Made by a program: the position numbers and the translations under genes. This document shows positions 29,315 through 39,833 of a stretch of DNA of 64,000 bases, in pieces. Where the stretch lies: the sequence record MW349128.1. One strand, 5' to 3'. Each line of letters opens with the position of its first letter. The stretch's first letter is position 1. The notes beneath the pieces were generated by a model, which had not been told where the DNA came from, did no database searches, and worked only from the letters and a program-made list of their open reading frames with translations.

Positions 29315-30583
29315 TTATTTTTTAAATTTAGATTCAATATTATTTTTTATAATAAATAATATGCATGGTAATAATATATAATCTTCCATATCTAATTCAA
29401 ACTTATCATCATAATACTTAAATATTTTATCAAGAATTTTTTCATCAATATTATCTTTTTGTAAATAAAGTACAATTAATTTATAACGTTCATCAAGATC
29501 AGTTAAACTATTTACACCTTGATAATCTTCATTAATTCTATTAATCTTACTTATATTAGATAATTCGGTGAAATCATTCATATCATTTAATATTTTTGTA
29601 TCATGAAGAACTTTATTCATAAAGTTAATCTCCAAATATTTCTCTCTAAACATCTTTAAAAAGTTATCTTTAGTTTCATTTAAAGTTATTATATTAGGTA
29701 ATTCTTTTCTATCTTTCAATCTTTCATATAAAGAATATTTATAATTCTTTTGGTTTATTCTTTCATTTTTAGGATTTTTATCTTTATAAGGCATTATGTT
29801 TGATAAGTAGGTACTAGACTTTACTAATAAATTATTATCGTATATAAATCTAGATAAATTTAAATCTATATATTTTATATTTGCTACTGCACTAATTTCA
29901 TCTTCATAATAAATGAATGTATTTAATGAAGAATTATAGAAATTATCAATAATTAACGCAGATATTTCATCGGAGTATTTAATACTATTATTAACTTGAT
30001 AGAAATCTTCTTCTAATATTAATGATTTATTATCTGTACCAATATTAGAAAATACAGTTCTATAAGTATTAGAAACTTGTCTTTCAATATCTTCTGTATT
30101 TACATTAAAATTCTGGTAACTTATTTTATAATATGATGAATTTTCTAATGAACTCATTTCTACATTATTTACTCTATATATTCTACTAGTTGCATTTTCT
30201 TTAGATTGATACTGAAATACAATAAAATCATCTGGAAGAGGTTCAATAGTTCCAGGTAATATTACAGCTTCACTTTCTAAATCTTTTTCAGTTCCCCACT
30301 CTTCATCCCATTCTATAGTAGGATTCATTTCAGTAACAGAATATATAGGAAAATCTTTTAATTTATTATATTTAAGTGGAGAATTATCTCCAACAATTTC
30401 TTCAACATTATCTAATGATCTATCTGAGGTTGAGTTCTCATGATCTTTACTGTAATAAGTAACAAAACTAGGAGCTCCAGCTTGGAATTTACTATACTTT
30501 TCAGTACCTGAAAGATATGAAGATACATAACTATTTACAATATCTTTCGGTTGAAGATCATCATTACTAATAAAATAACCCAT
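29315..30583 (-). CDS. Late-transcribed hypothetical protein, probably structural
   Basis: 422 aa; AACA-N6-TA upstream; no decisive motif. Confidence 0.7.
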   Translation of the reverse strand: MGYFISNDDLQPKDIVNSYVSSYLSGTEKYSKFQAGAPSFVTYYSKDHENSTSDRSLDNVEEIVGDNSPLKYNKLKDFPIYSVTEMNPTIEWDEEWGTEKDLESEAVILPGTIEPLPDDFIVFQYQSKENATSRIYRVNNVEMSSLENSSYYKISYQNFNVNTEDIERQVSNTYRTVFSNIGTDNKSLILEEDFYQVNNSIKYSDEISALIIDNFYNSSLNTFIYYEDEISAVANIKYIDLNLSRFIYDNNLLVKSSTYLSNIMPYKDKNPKNERINQKNYKYSLYERLKDRKELPNIITLNETKDNFLKMFREKYLEINFMNKVLHDTKILNDMNDFTELSNISKINRINEDYQGVNSLTDLDERYKLIVLYLQKDNIDEKILDKIFKYYDDKFELDMEDYILLPCILFIIKNNIESKFKK

Positions 30584-30668
30584 TAATTTTCCTCACTTTC
30601 TTATTATTATTATTATTTATACGATATGTTAATGTTAACATTAAATTTATATAAAAAATAATAATAAA

Positions 30669-31667
30669 ATGAGGGAAGATACTATGTTAGAGATGAAAGA
30701 ATATGAAATAGATTTTGTTAAAGAATCAATTTCTTTTTATGAAGTAATTAATGAAGAAGAATCTTCAAATAAAAATAAAAAGAGTGTATTAGAAAAGATT
30801 AAGAAAATGCTTTTAAAAATTAAAAATTTCTTAGTAAATATTTATAAGAAATTCAAGAAATTTATAGTTAATCTAATTAATAAAATTAAAGATTATTCTA
30901 AGAAAGAGGAAGCATATATAGCTGAAATAGATAAAGTTAAAAAAGAAAATGAAAAAATTAAAAAAGCAAATTCAAGTAATTATATTATTCATGCTTCAGA
31001 GAAAAAAGAAATTAATGATAAAATAATGTCTAAGAAAAAAGCTTTAAGTGAAATTAAAATAAGAGATGGTTATGAAGGATTAATCGAAAAAGGTAATATA
31101 GGATTATTAAAAGAACTTTATACATTAACTGAAATTAAATATTTCTTTATGTCATTAAAAGGTGAAGTTGATATAAACAGTTCAGAAAAAGAAGTTAAAA
31201 AAAGTGTAAAACACTTAGATGAATTAATATCTGATTATAGAAATTATAAGAGTTCTTTAAAAACTATTTCAGCTGAAGAAGCAATTAATGAAACTAATGC
31301 TAGTGATATTAAATATTATAGTATGAAAAAAATTGATAGCTTCACAAATGAATTAAAATTATTCTCTAAAGATATGGATAAAATTTATAAAGAAGTTGAA
31401 GGAGAACTTAATGAGGATTTAGAAAGAGCAGAGTATTGTATTAAAGCAGTTAAGAATCCAGAATCAATTATAACTAAAGAAGACATAGATGAACTTAATA
31501 TGTTTATTGCATCAAATAGAAAGAAATTAACTTATATTAATTTCTTAAATACTGAGATTTCTTATATTATTCCTACAATTGTAACTGAAAGAAAAAATAT
31601 TCTTAAAGCAGTCAAACTAGGTATAGAAATTGAAACGTTACAAAATAAATTAAAATTAATTAAATAA
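30669..31667 (+). CDS. Inner-head/ejection protein family member
   Basis: Acidic propeptide ending VINEEE, then the amphipathic block LEKIKKMLLKIKNFLVNIYKKFKKF shared with the 58.5-60.9 kb genes. Confidence 0.6.
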   Translation: MREDTMLEMKEYEIDFVKESISFYEVINEEESSNKNKKSVLEKIKKMLLKIKNFLVNIYKKFKKFIVNLINKIKDYSKKEEAYIAEIDKVKKENEKIKKANSSNYIIHASEKKEINDKIMSKKKALSEIKIRDGYEGLIEKGNIGLLKELYTLTEIKYFFMSLKGEVDINSSEKEVKKSVKHLDELISDYRNYKSSLKTISAEEAINETNASDIKYYSMKKIDSFTNELKLFSKDMDKIYKEVEGELNEDLERAEYCIKAVKNPESIITKEDIDELNMFIASNRKKLTYINFLNTEISYIIPTIVTERKNILKAVKLGIEIETLQNKLKLIK

Positions 31668-31674
31668 TAATAAT

Positions 31675-31706
31675 ATCCCAATACCTATTAATTTAGGTAT
31701 TGGGAT
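31675..31706. terminator. Bidirectional terminator, CCCAATACCT family
   Basis: ATCCCAATACCT-ATTAATTT-AGGTATTGGGAT; core identical to 19724..19755. Confidence 0.85.
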
Positions 31707-31711
31707 AATTT

Positions 31712-32302
31712 TTATAAACCGAATTCTTTATCTAAAGATTCTTCTAAAGAATCTAATTCTTTTTTATTATCATTTTCTTCTTTATTTTCTTCAGATAAAA
31801 TTTGCTCTGTAACGCCTTCTAAATATTCAAATAATTTGTCTTCAAAATCTTCATTAATACCTAATTCTTCCATACTTTCATTAACTGATTTAGATTTCTT
31901 AGGTTTTTTATCTGCTTTAGTTGTTTTAAATATTTTTAATAAATCTTTTCCATGTTTATTTTGGAATGATACAGCTTCTTGCATTGTTCCGAAACGATTA
32001 TAAATAAAAACGCTTCTATCAAAGAAACTCTGCTTACCATTAGGTTTAGTAAAAGAAAATACTAAACTTAATTCGTAATCTATAGTATGAGAATCCTTAC
32101 GTGTAGTAGCATGTGTAAATAATTTAGCGTCAGAATAATTTATCTTATAGCCTTTTTTAACTTCAATACTGTATTTCTTTTTAGCTACACGTACAGCAAA
32201 TTTTTCTTTAATTTCTTCAGGAGTTAATCCTATAAAAATTTTTCTAGCTACTTTTTTAGCTTTATCTAATTTTTTACCTTCTTGAATGTAAATATCTTCC
32301 AT
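31712..32302 (-). CDS. Probable head protein, paralogous to the C-terminal half of 32340..33383
   Basis: IQEG start, IFK..(A)DKKPK, ends LDSLEESLDKEFGL. Confidence 0.65.
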   Translation of the reverse strand: MEDIYIQEGKKLDKAKKVARKIFIGLTPEEIKEKFAVRVAKKKYSIEVKKGYKINYSDAKLFTHATTRKDSHTIDYELSLVFSFTKPNGKQSFFDRSVFIYNRFGTMQEAVSFQNKHGKDLLKIFKTTKADKKPKKSKSVNESMEELGINEDFEDKLFEYLEGVTEQILSEENKEENDNKKELDSLEESLDKEFGL

Positions 32303-32339
32303 AATTTATTTCCTACCTTTTTTTTATTTTTAATAATTA

Positions 32340-33383
32340 TTAGTTTAAAAAGAATTCTTCATTCAATTTATTTTCTAATTCTTCTACCACTTTATCATCT
32401 TCATCAATTTTAGGTTTTTTATCGGGAGCTTTCTTAAAGATAGAAATAAATTTATTTCCATTACTTTGAGCCCATTTTTGTGCTTCTTTGAAACGGTCTG
32501 CAACTATTCCAATAGGTATTCTTCTAATTTTATCTTTACCTTTATATTTAATAGGTACCTCTAAAGCGGCATTTTTACCACCAGTACGTTTGGCTACAAC
32601 TACAGCATTACCTGAATCAATTCTAATGCCTTTACTTTTAGCTTTTATTTTAAAATTCATACAAGCTTTAGCAAAATCCGCTTCAAGAGTATCAGGTTCA
32701 ACAATTCCTTCTTGAACTGCAACATCGGAAGTGTTACCACATTCTTCGCATACTAATTGACCTGATTCATTTGGAGACATTTTAGACCCACATTCTTCAC
32801 AAATAGGTTCTTCTTTATCAGTATCAATATCACGATTTAATTCTTCATTTAATTTTTTCTTACTATTTTTCAATTTTTCTTTATATTCTTTAAGCTTTCT
32901 TTTTTTCTCTTTTCTATCTTTAGTATTTCTAATATCCTCAATATCTTTTTGAAGTTCTAGTTTTAATTTATCTTTCTTAATTCTACTTTCAGCAGCTTTT
33001 TTAGCTTCATCTGAAGGTTTCATTTTTTTAAGTTCAGGGAATACAGATGATTTATTTCTATTCATTAAGCTTTCATATTGTCCGCCAGATGCAATATTTC
33101 TATTAACTCTAATTACAGCAAAGTCTCTTTCTGTGTTTTCTCCACTAACTAGGTTTTTACATTTTACTTCTAAGTTTATATTAACTCCCGCATAAACAAA
33201 TTTACTAGGTTGAAAGTTAGCATAACCTTGTTTAGTTAATCTATCAATTCCTTTTTGATATTGATTTATAATAACGCCTTTTAAATCATTAAAAAGGTTT
33301 TGTTCTGGGTTTTCATTAACTAATCCAAATTCTTTATCTAAAGATTCTTCTAAAGATTTTAAATTCATATTTAATTTCCTCAT
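32340..33383 (-). CDS. Probable head protein with Zn ribbon
   Basis: Starts LKSLEESLDKEFGLVNE; ICEECGSKMSPNESGQLVCEECG; late promoter upstream. Confidence 0.65.
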   Translation of the reverse strand: MRKLNMNLKSLEESLDKEFGLVNENPEQNLFNDLKGVIINQYQKGIDRLTKQGYANFQPSKFVYAGVNINLEVKCKNLVSGENTERDFAVIRVNRNIASGGQYESLMNRNKSSVFPELKKMKPSDEAKKAAESRIKKDKLKLELQKDIEDIRNTKDRKEKKRKLKEYKEKLKNSKKKLNEELNRDIDTDKEEPICEECGSKMSPNESGQLVCEECGNTSDVAVQEGIVEPDTLEADFAKACMNFKIKAKSKGIRIDSGNAVVVAKRTGGKNAALEVPIKYKGKDKIRRIPIGIVADRFKEAQKWAQSNGNKFISIFKKAPDKKPKIDEDDKVVEELENKLNEEFFLN

Positions 33384-33420
33384 TTCTTTAATATTTATAA
33401 TAATATTGTGTTAAATAATA

Positions 33421-33453
33421 ATATCCCAATGATCAATATAATCATTGGGATAT
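33421..33453 (-). terminator. Terminator of the RNAP beta gene
   Basis: ATATCCCAATGAT/ATCATTGGGATAT. Confidence 0.75.
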
Positions 33454-33458
33454 GTGAA

Positions 33459-36400
33459 TTAAATCATATCTTTTACTTTACGTTTTAATTCTATTAAAGC
33501 TTTATTTGTGAATAGCATCATATAAATATCAACTGTCATACGAGAGACAATACTTAATGGAGAGAATACAGCTTCGATTTCCTCATCAGGTCTATATTCC
33601 GCATAAGGAGATTCATTTGGAGGAGTTACATCAGCAACTACAGTTTTACAAGCTCCATAGAAACTAATTTTATCTCCAACACTCATATCATCTTCATACT
33701 CAGTGAAGATTTCAATAAGAACTCCATCAACTTTTTCTCCTTTAATTTTCTCTGTATTAATTTTATCAACTGCAGCGATATCTACATCAATACCAGGTAA
33801 AGTTTCTTTATTATTTTTAATTCCAGATTTATACTCTTTATATTTATCATTTGATTTTTTAATGTAATTATTAACTAATTTAGCTAAACTATCAGTCATA
33901 TTTTCAATATCATCATTATAATAAATATTAATCTTTTTAATATTACCTGTATATTTACTTCTAACAGCTCGGTTAGCTATATCTTGAATATCTTGTTCAA
34001 ATTCACTACCAATTTTATCTAATAAAGAACCAATACCTTCTTCATCGAATGAAGTTTCAAATATCATTAAAGGATCTCCTGTACGTACTTTCTGACCTTC
34101 TTTAACTATATATTGAATATTTGTGTTTGATGGAATATTTACTGTTTTCTTCATAGTAACTTTAGTAGACATTGCTTCAGACATACTACTAGAAATAATA
34201 GAACTATCTTCATAAGTCATTTATATTAGCTATTATATTTTTATAATAGATTAGACTATATCAAATTCATTAGTATTAATGAATAATCATATTTAGTCGT
34301 TGAACTCTATAAATGTAGAGATGCTGATTAATTTAATATTTCTCAGCAATTAATAATTTTTTGACATTACATTACTATAATGAAAGGCATTTATAATACC
34401 ATATGAGCTAGCTACAGATACTTTAGATAATTTACCTGAAGTGAATTGAATATCATTATTTTTACCAGATCCAGCAAAGAAATTATTATTTTTAGCAAGT
34501 ATTTGACCTTTATTAAAAGTGTCATCTACATTAAATTGTGGATCAAGTTTATTAGATTGATAAAAACCTGAGTTAGAGTTTTTGGCTAATTTTTCAGATA
34601 TATCAACAATATCTTTTTCACCATTGATATATTCCACTGTCATTAAACCAGTTTTCTCGTTAATTTTTAATACTTTACCATCTTGTTTAGCTTTAAAAGC
34701 AAATGTATCTGATAATTGATAAGCTAAAGATTTATCAACACCAGATCCAACTAATGGTTTACTATTAGTTTTTGTTGGAATTACGTGCTTGGCTTGAGTC
34801 AGATTATCTTAATACACTTTGTTTATTGTGTATTAGTTCTTAATGAACTTCTTTAAAATAAATTAAAGCTGAGACTATATCAAATACCATTTAGGTATAA
34901 TCTTATTTAGTCGTTGAACAATTTGATTGATGCTGATTAATTTAATTATTATTTTCTCAGCAATTAAAGATTTTTCTATTATTATATTACTATAATAAAG
35001 GGCATTCATATACCAGTCATTCCTATACGTGGACTATCTGCATGTTTTGAGCTGAATGGGTTGAGCAATTCTAATGGAGTGTATAGAGATGTATCACTCG
35101 CATCTTTCTTACCGCCATCTGTATAACCTCTAGTGGATTTAATTAGTGAATCATATGAAAGCTGTCTGACCACTCCTCAAATATCTTCAATAATGGGCGT
35201 TAACCATTACCAGTTCTCTTATGAACTTCTTTAGGATTTCCCTAAAAGTTGAGACTATATCAAATACCATCAATTAATGGTATAGTTCTTTTTCCACTCA
35301 CTTGAGTGTACTCTACTTCATCAAATATATCTTTGAAATAATTTTTATTAAAATCAGTGTAATAATCTTTTTCATTTAATATTTTTTTATTTCTTATAAT
35401 GAGTATATTTGATTTTTCGATAGTCGTTGAACTATTTAAAATATCATGAAAGTTATCTAAAAAGAAATTGATATTATTTTTATTTATACGAATTAAAGTT
35501 AAATTATTTTTTAAACAAAAGTCATTTTTTATGTGGTCTTTTAGTGCATTTTCTTTGACATTTTCTAATTTTTGATATTTAGAATTATTTCTATACTTAA
35601 AATGTTGAACCCCATCAAATTCCAAAAGTATATTTTCGTTATTTAATGTAAATAAGAAATCAAATCTAAATCTATTAGTATTTTTAGAATAATAAAAATC
35701 ATTAAAAGACTTTTCTCTTTCATAATTTATATTATTTTCATCAAAGAATTTTCTAATTGATATTTCACCATTAGACTTAATAGCACAAATAGGACATCTG
35801 TGCCCTGCACTTACAAAACTGTTTGCACGCATCTCAAATACTTTACCACACTTATGATGTAATATTTTCATTTTAGTGAATAGATTAGTATATGTTTGTC
35901 CATCAATAAGAGAGTATTCATTTTTGCCTAAATATTCTATTTCTTTTTTAAAACTTTCAATTGTTCTTTTTTTTATATTTAGAACATTTAGGACACTTCT
36001 TATAATATAACAAATTATTTGGAGTGGATTTAAATGTTTCATTGCATAGTGTATGTCTAAAATTTATTTTTATTTTACTCCCTTTATATCTTTCTAAAGG
36101 TATAAACAAATCATAGATATTCTCATTTTTTAAACTATAAATAAAATCTTCATGATTTTTATTTATACCGCCTACACATTTGACACATTTATTTTTTCCT
36201 TCAAACATTTGTTTAGGTTTTCGTTTAAATTTAAAACCACAATTATGTTTTAAATTTATTTCAGTATCATAGTCTACGTATTCTTCATAAAAAATTTCGT
36301 ATTCTTTAAATTTCTCATAATTATCATTTACTTTCTTTTTAAAACTTTCTTTATCAATTTTTCTCACATTATCACCCCAGATTATAATAAAATTATGTTA

Positions 36401-39400
36401 AAGGGGAATGTGATAAAAATAATATTTTAAACAGCTGCTGATTGTCCAATCTTAATGATTTTTAAGCATATCACGCTTACTGTTGCCAGTTACGTTGTAG
36501 CTCATTAAGCTCTAAGGATCTCCCAGCAATTAAGAACTTTTCGACATTACATCACTGTAATGAAGGGCAGTATTATTTACCTTGTTTGAGTCAGGCGTGC
36601 TTATTCCTAATACACCTTGCATACTTTCACTGTATGAACGAATATCAGGTTCATATGATTGTTCATTATTACGTCCAGCAGGACCTTTAAATGTAACAGA
36701 AGTCATCTTATCAATCTCTAAAGATGGATTAAGATCAGATACTTCATCTACAGTAGGTTGTTCCATTATAGTTTTGATTAATTGGTCTTGCTTAACAGAA
36801 ATATTCTTAGGATTCTTATTATTGTAAGAGTCTGAATATTCTTTATATGCGTTTGCAATCATTTTATATATTAAAGCATTAACTTGTTCTGGACCACGTA
36901 CACGATATATTCCCATGTCATTGTGTTCTCTAGCAGTTACATCTTCTAGCATAGTATTAGCTAAGAGTAATAATTCCACCATAGTTTCCGGTAATTTTAA
37001 ATCTCTTAATACATCTTCTGTAATTGGATCCATTGCTAAATCTAATGCATTTTTAATTCCTTTACCAACATTACGACTATAGAATTTATCATTAAAGTAT
37101 TCTAAGTAAGGTGTCTCACTATTAAATTCTTCAAAGTCATATTGTGAAGTAGGAATAGTATTTAATCCTGATAATAATAAATCATATCTTAATTTATCTG
37201 TTGAATAAATAAGATAACCATCTTGGAATTTAATTTTATTCTTCTTATCTTTAATAGTTATTCTTTCATTTTCTTTAACAAACTTATAATCAACTTCATA
37301 GAGATCAAGAATACTAGTTAAACCTTTATAGAAACCTAATAACACTATTGTAGGGATTAATTTATTAGTAATTTTAACACGAGAGAATGCCATTGTTTTA
37401 CTAGCTTGAATATTTTTACTGAATTTTTTATCTATTAGACTAAAATCAATATTATCTTCAAGTTGTTCAATAATATAATCTGTGATATTAATATTCATAG
37501 ATTCTATATTACTTTTAGTAGCTTTAAAAATAATAGATTCTGTAGTATTTGATAATATTAATTTAGATTTGTTTGAATTATAACCGATAGGATAGTATTT
37601 ATCTTTATCGTAATCAATCTCACTTAAAGTTTTACTTTCTGAAATAACTTTTTTAAGATTTCTTTGATTAAAATCAATTATCAAATCATCTTTAGAGAAT
37701 CTTAATATATTTTTAGATAAATTATTATACAACACAGAAGTTAAATATTCTTTATTAATTAAAGATGAATTACCTTTTTGAATACTAATATCATTTTTAT
37801 CTTTAATGTATTCTAGTACTTGTTTATCTTCAATAACTTTTTTAAGCCATTCAGTTTCAGAATTTTCTTTGCTACCAAATTTTTCAATGATGAATTTATT
37901 ATAGTTAGTTGTAATCCAAACTGTATCCGGTCTATATTTAACAATAGGATACATCATTAATTGTTTAGTTAGTACCTTTTTACCACCATTTAATTTTAAA
38001 TATTTACCATCAATAATTTTAGGTACATCAAATTTTACATTATGATTAATCCCATCAGGACTCTTAAATTGAACTTTTACAGTATTCTTTAATGATTGAG
38101 AATCTGAATTATCTTCTACATTCATTTTGCTAATGAATACAGGTATTTCTTCATTATCATTAAAACTCTTCATAATATTTACAAAGTCTTTATTAAATGT
38201 CTTTTTCATATAAGATAAGTCAAAATCATTCGAAGATACATTGTTAATTGCTTCATCATTAATACTATTAACATTTTCATTAATTTCTCTATCAATAACA
38301 TTATCTTCAGAAAAACTAAAATCTTCTAATTTTTCAAGATATTCATCTTGATTTTTAGCTAATGATAATATCTTTTTAGAATTCTTTAATGCAGTGTCTC
38401 CAATATATGATTTATTTTTAATATCTCTTTTAATTGATTTAAATGAATCATTCTTATCAAGTACATCATTATATAATGTATCTTCATCAATATCAATAAG
38501 ATCATTATTATCATTTAATTCTTTTTCAATTATCATTGCAATATTGTATTCATCATTAATATCCATATCAATATTATCATTAGATTTAATATATCTTAAT
38601 GTATCATCTATTTTCTTAGATATTTTTTCCATCTTAGAATCTTCAATGTCTTGATTAATTTCATCTTTATCATTATCTTGTAATTCAACTGGATCAATAT
38701 CTTTAACATTATTAAATGATTTCTTTTTAATAGTTGAATCTATAGCTTCTGTATTATCATCATCTTCAACATTAGAAATTTCATCTGTATCCATTTGTTG
38801 AGTATTTAAATCAATAGCTCTTCTTAATCTTTGTCTTAATCTATTATTCAATTTATTATAATCTTTAAAATCAAATTTAAACATTATACCGTTCTCAATA
38901 GAAACAAATAAAGCTACTACATTTTGATTTTCTTTGTGAGGTAATTCTTCCTGATTCTTAATCATCATAAATAAACTTGACATAAAATCTTTTGTATTTG
39001 GTCTAATAGCTTCTTGAGAAGATTTATTGTATCCATCTACATTAATTACATATAATAAATTTTCATATTCTTCTGGATTATTTAAATTATTATAAGTATT
39101 TTTAATTGAATCTAATACAGTTTTAAAATTCTTAGTCATTAACGATTTATTTTCAAGATTGATAAATTTACTTGAATCAACTATATAATTTCTACCTTTA
39201 AATAATTTCTCATTTCTTTCTACTCTATAAGATTTAATTGATTTACTTTTAATTTCTTGTTGATAATCTGAAATATTAGTAATTAATCTTGATTTTCTAT
39301 TTGTTGTTCTATATATTCTAGGAGTATAAATATTCTTGAAATTTTGATAATATAATATACCACTATTTAAGAATTCTATAAATGAATTTTCTTTAAAACC

Positions 39401-39517
39401 TTTATAAATTATTAATTGGTTTTTCTTTTGATCCTTAATATTTTCATCTATAGCTTTAATCTTATATCCTGAAATTGAATAGAATTTTAAATTCTTTAAT
39501 CTATTAAGATACTTCAC
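33459..39517 (-). CDS. rpoB: RNA polymerase beta-like subunit, probably virion RNAP; four exons, 1421 aa
   Basis: Exons 39517-36579, 35177-35012, 34799-34398 and 34217-33459 join in frame: STPDSNKV|GVVRQL, SPRIGMTG|TQAKH, SSYG|TYEDSSII, GDKISFYGACK. Late promoter upstream supports virion RNAP (inference). Confidence 0.92.
34218..34397 (-). mobile_element. ORF-less group I mini-intron C (180 nt) in rpoB
   Basis: GGT|ATTATAAATGCC P1; TTGCTGAG..AATCAGCA; GTTCAACGACTA; TGATATAGTCT; terminal G34218; removal restores YG|TYEDS. Confidence 0.9.
34800..35011 (-). mobile_element. ORF-less group I mini-intron B (212 nt) in rpoB
   Basis: GGT|ATATGAATGCC P1; same core motifs; terminal G34800; removal restores GMTG|TQAKH. 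Confidence 0.9.
35260..36042 (-). CDS. Intron-encoded endonuclease, C-terminal part (Zn module plus Vsr-like/EDxHD-type domain)
   Basis: HHKCGKVF..RCPIC; FRFDF..EFDGVQHF..DHIKNDFC; paralogue of 6522..7283. Confidence 0.8.
   Translation of the reverse strand: MKHLNPLQIICYIIRSVLNVLNIKKRTIESFKKEIEYLGKNEYSLIDGQTYTNLFTKMKILHHKCGKVFEMRANSFVSAGHRCPICAIKSNGEISIRKFFDENNINYEREKSFNDFYYSKNTNRFRFDFLFTLNNENILLEFDGVQHFKYRNNSKYQKLENVKENALKDHIKNDFCLKNNLTLIRINKNNINFFLDNFHDILNSSTTIEKSNILIIRNKKILNEKDYYTDFNKNYFKDIFDEVEYTQVSGKRTIPLIDGI
35957..36367 (-). CDS. Intron-encoded endonuclease, N-terminal part (two Zn modules), out of frame with the C-terminal part
   Basis: HNCGFKF..KCVKC and HTLCNETF..KCPKC; ends just after an A8 run. 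Confidence 0.75.
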   Translation of the reverse strand: MRKIDKESFKKKVNDNYEKFKEYEIFYEEYVDYDTEINLKHNCGFKFKRKPKQMFEGKNKCVKCVGGINKNHEDFIYSLKNENIYDLFIPLERYKGSKIKINFRHTLCNETFKSTPNNLLYYKKCPKCSKYKKKNN

Positions 39518-39833
39518 TTATTATTCAATTCCTTTCATTTAATAAATTTTATATATGTACTTGTTTTCTTTATCTTTTTTATGTAATTTAAGGAGAAATA
39601 ATTTATTAGATTTTGATATAATCAAAATCTAAATATACCCCCTCTAATATTATATTTTTTATATATTAAAATATTTTATATTTTAATATATTATAATAAT
39701 TATATTATTATATAAATATAATATTCCGGAGGTTTTCAAATTTTTTACGAGATATTTTTATAAATTACAAAAATATAAAATTGATGATAACATTCAAATA
39801 TTACAAATAATATATGAAAGAAGTGAAACTAAA

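Larger units (their letters stand above)
35178..36578 (-). mobile_element. Group I intron A (1401 nt) in rpoB carrying endonuclease coding sequence
   Basis: 5' core nearly identical to polB intron 2 (GAGCTACAACGT..GCGTGATATGCTTAAAAATCATTAAGATTGGA.AATCAGCAGC); R at 35421-35432; S near 35250; terminal G35178. Confidence 0.9.

Noticed and set aside
36530-36578. Tracked C-terminus of the 995-aa ORF, and the similar tails or starts at 5298-5305, 34350-34397, 34218-34220, 40632-40637 and 7445-7447
   Set aside because: These are read-through into, or starts inside, intron sequence.
39566-39788. Extremely AT-rich spacer between the divergent RNAP genes as a replication origin
   Set aside because: No iterons or other positive evidence; AT richness alone is uninformative in this genome.
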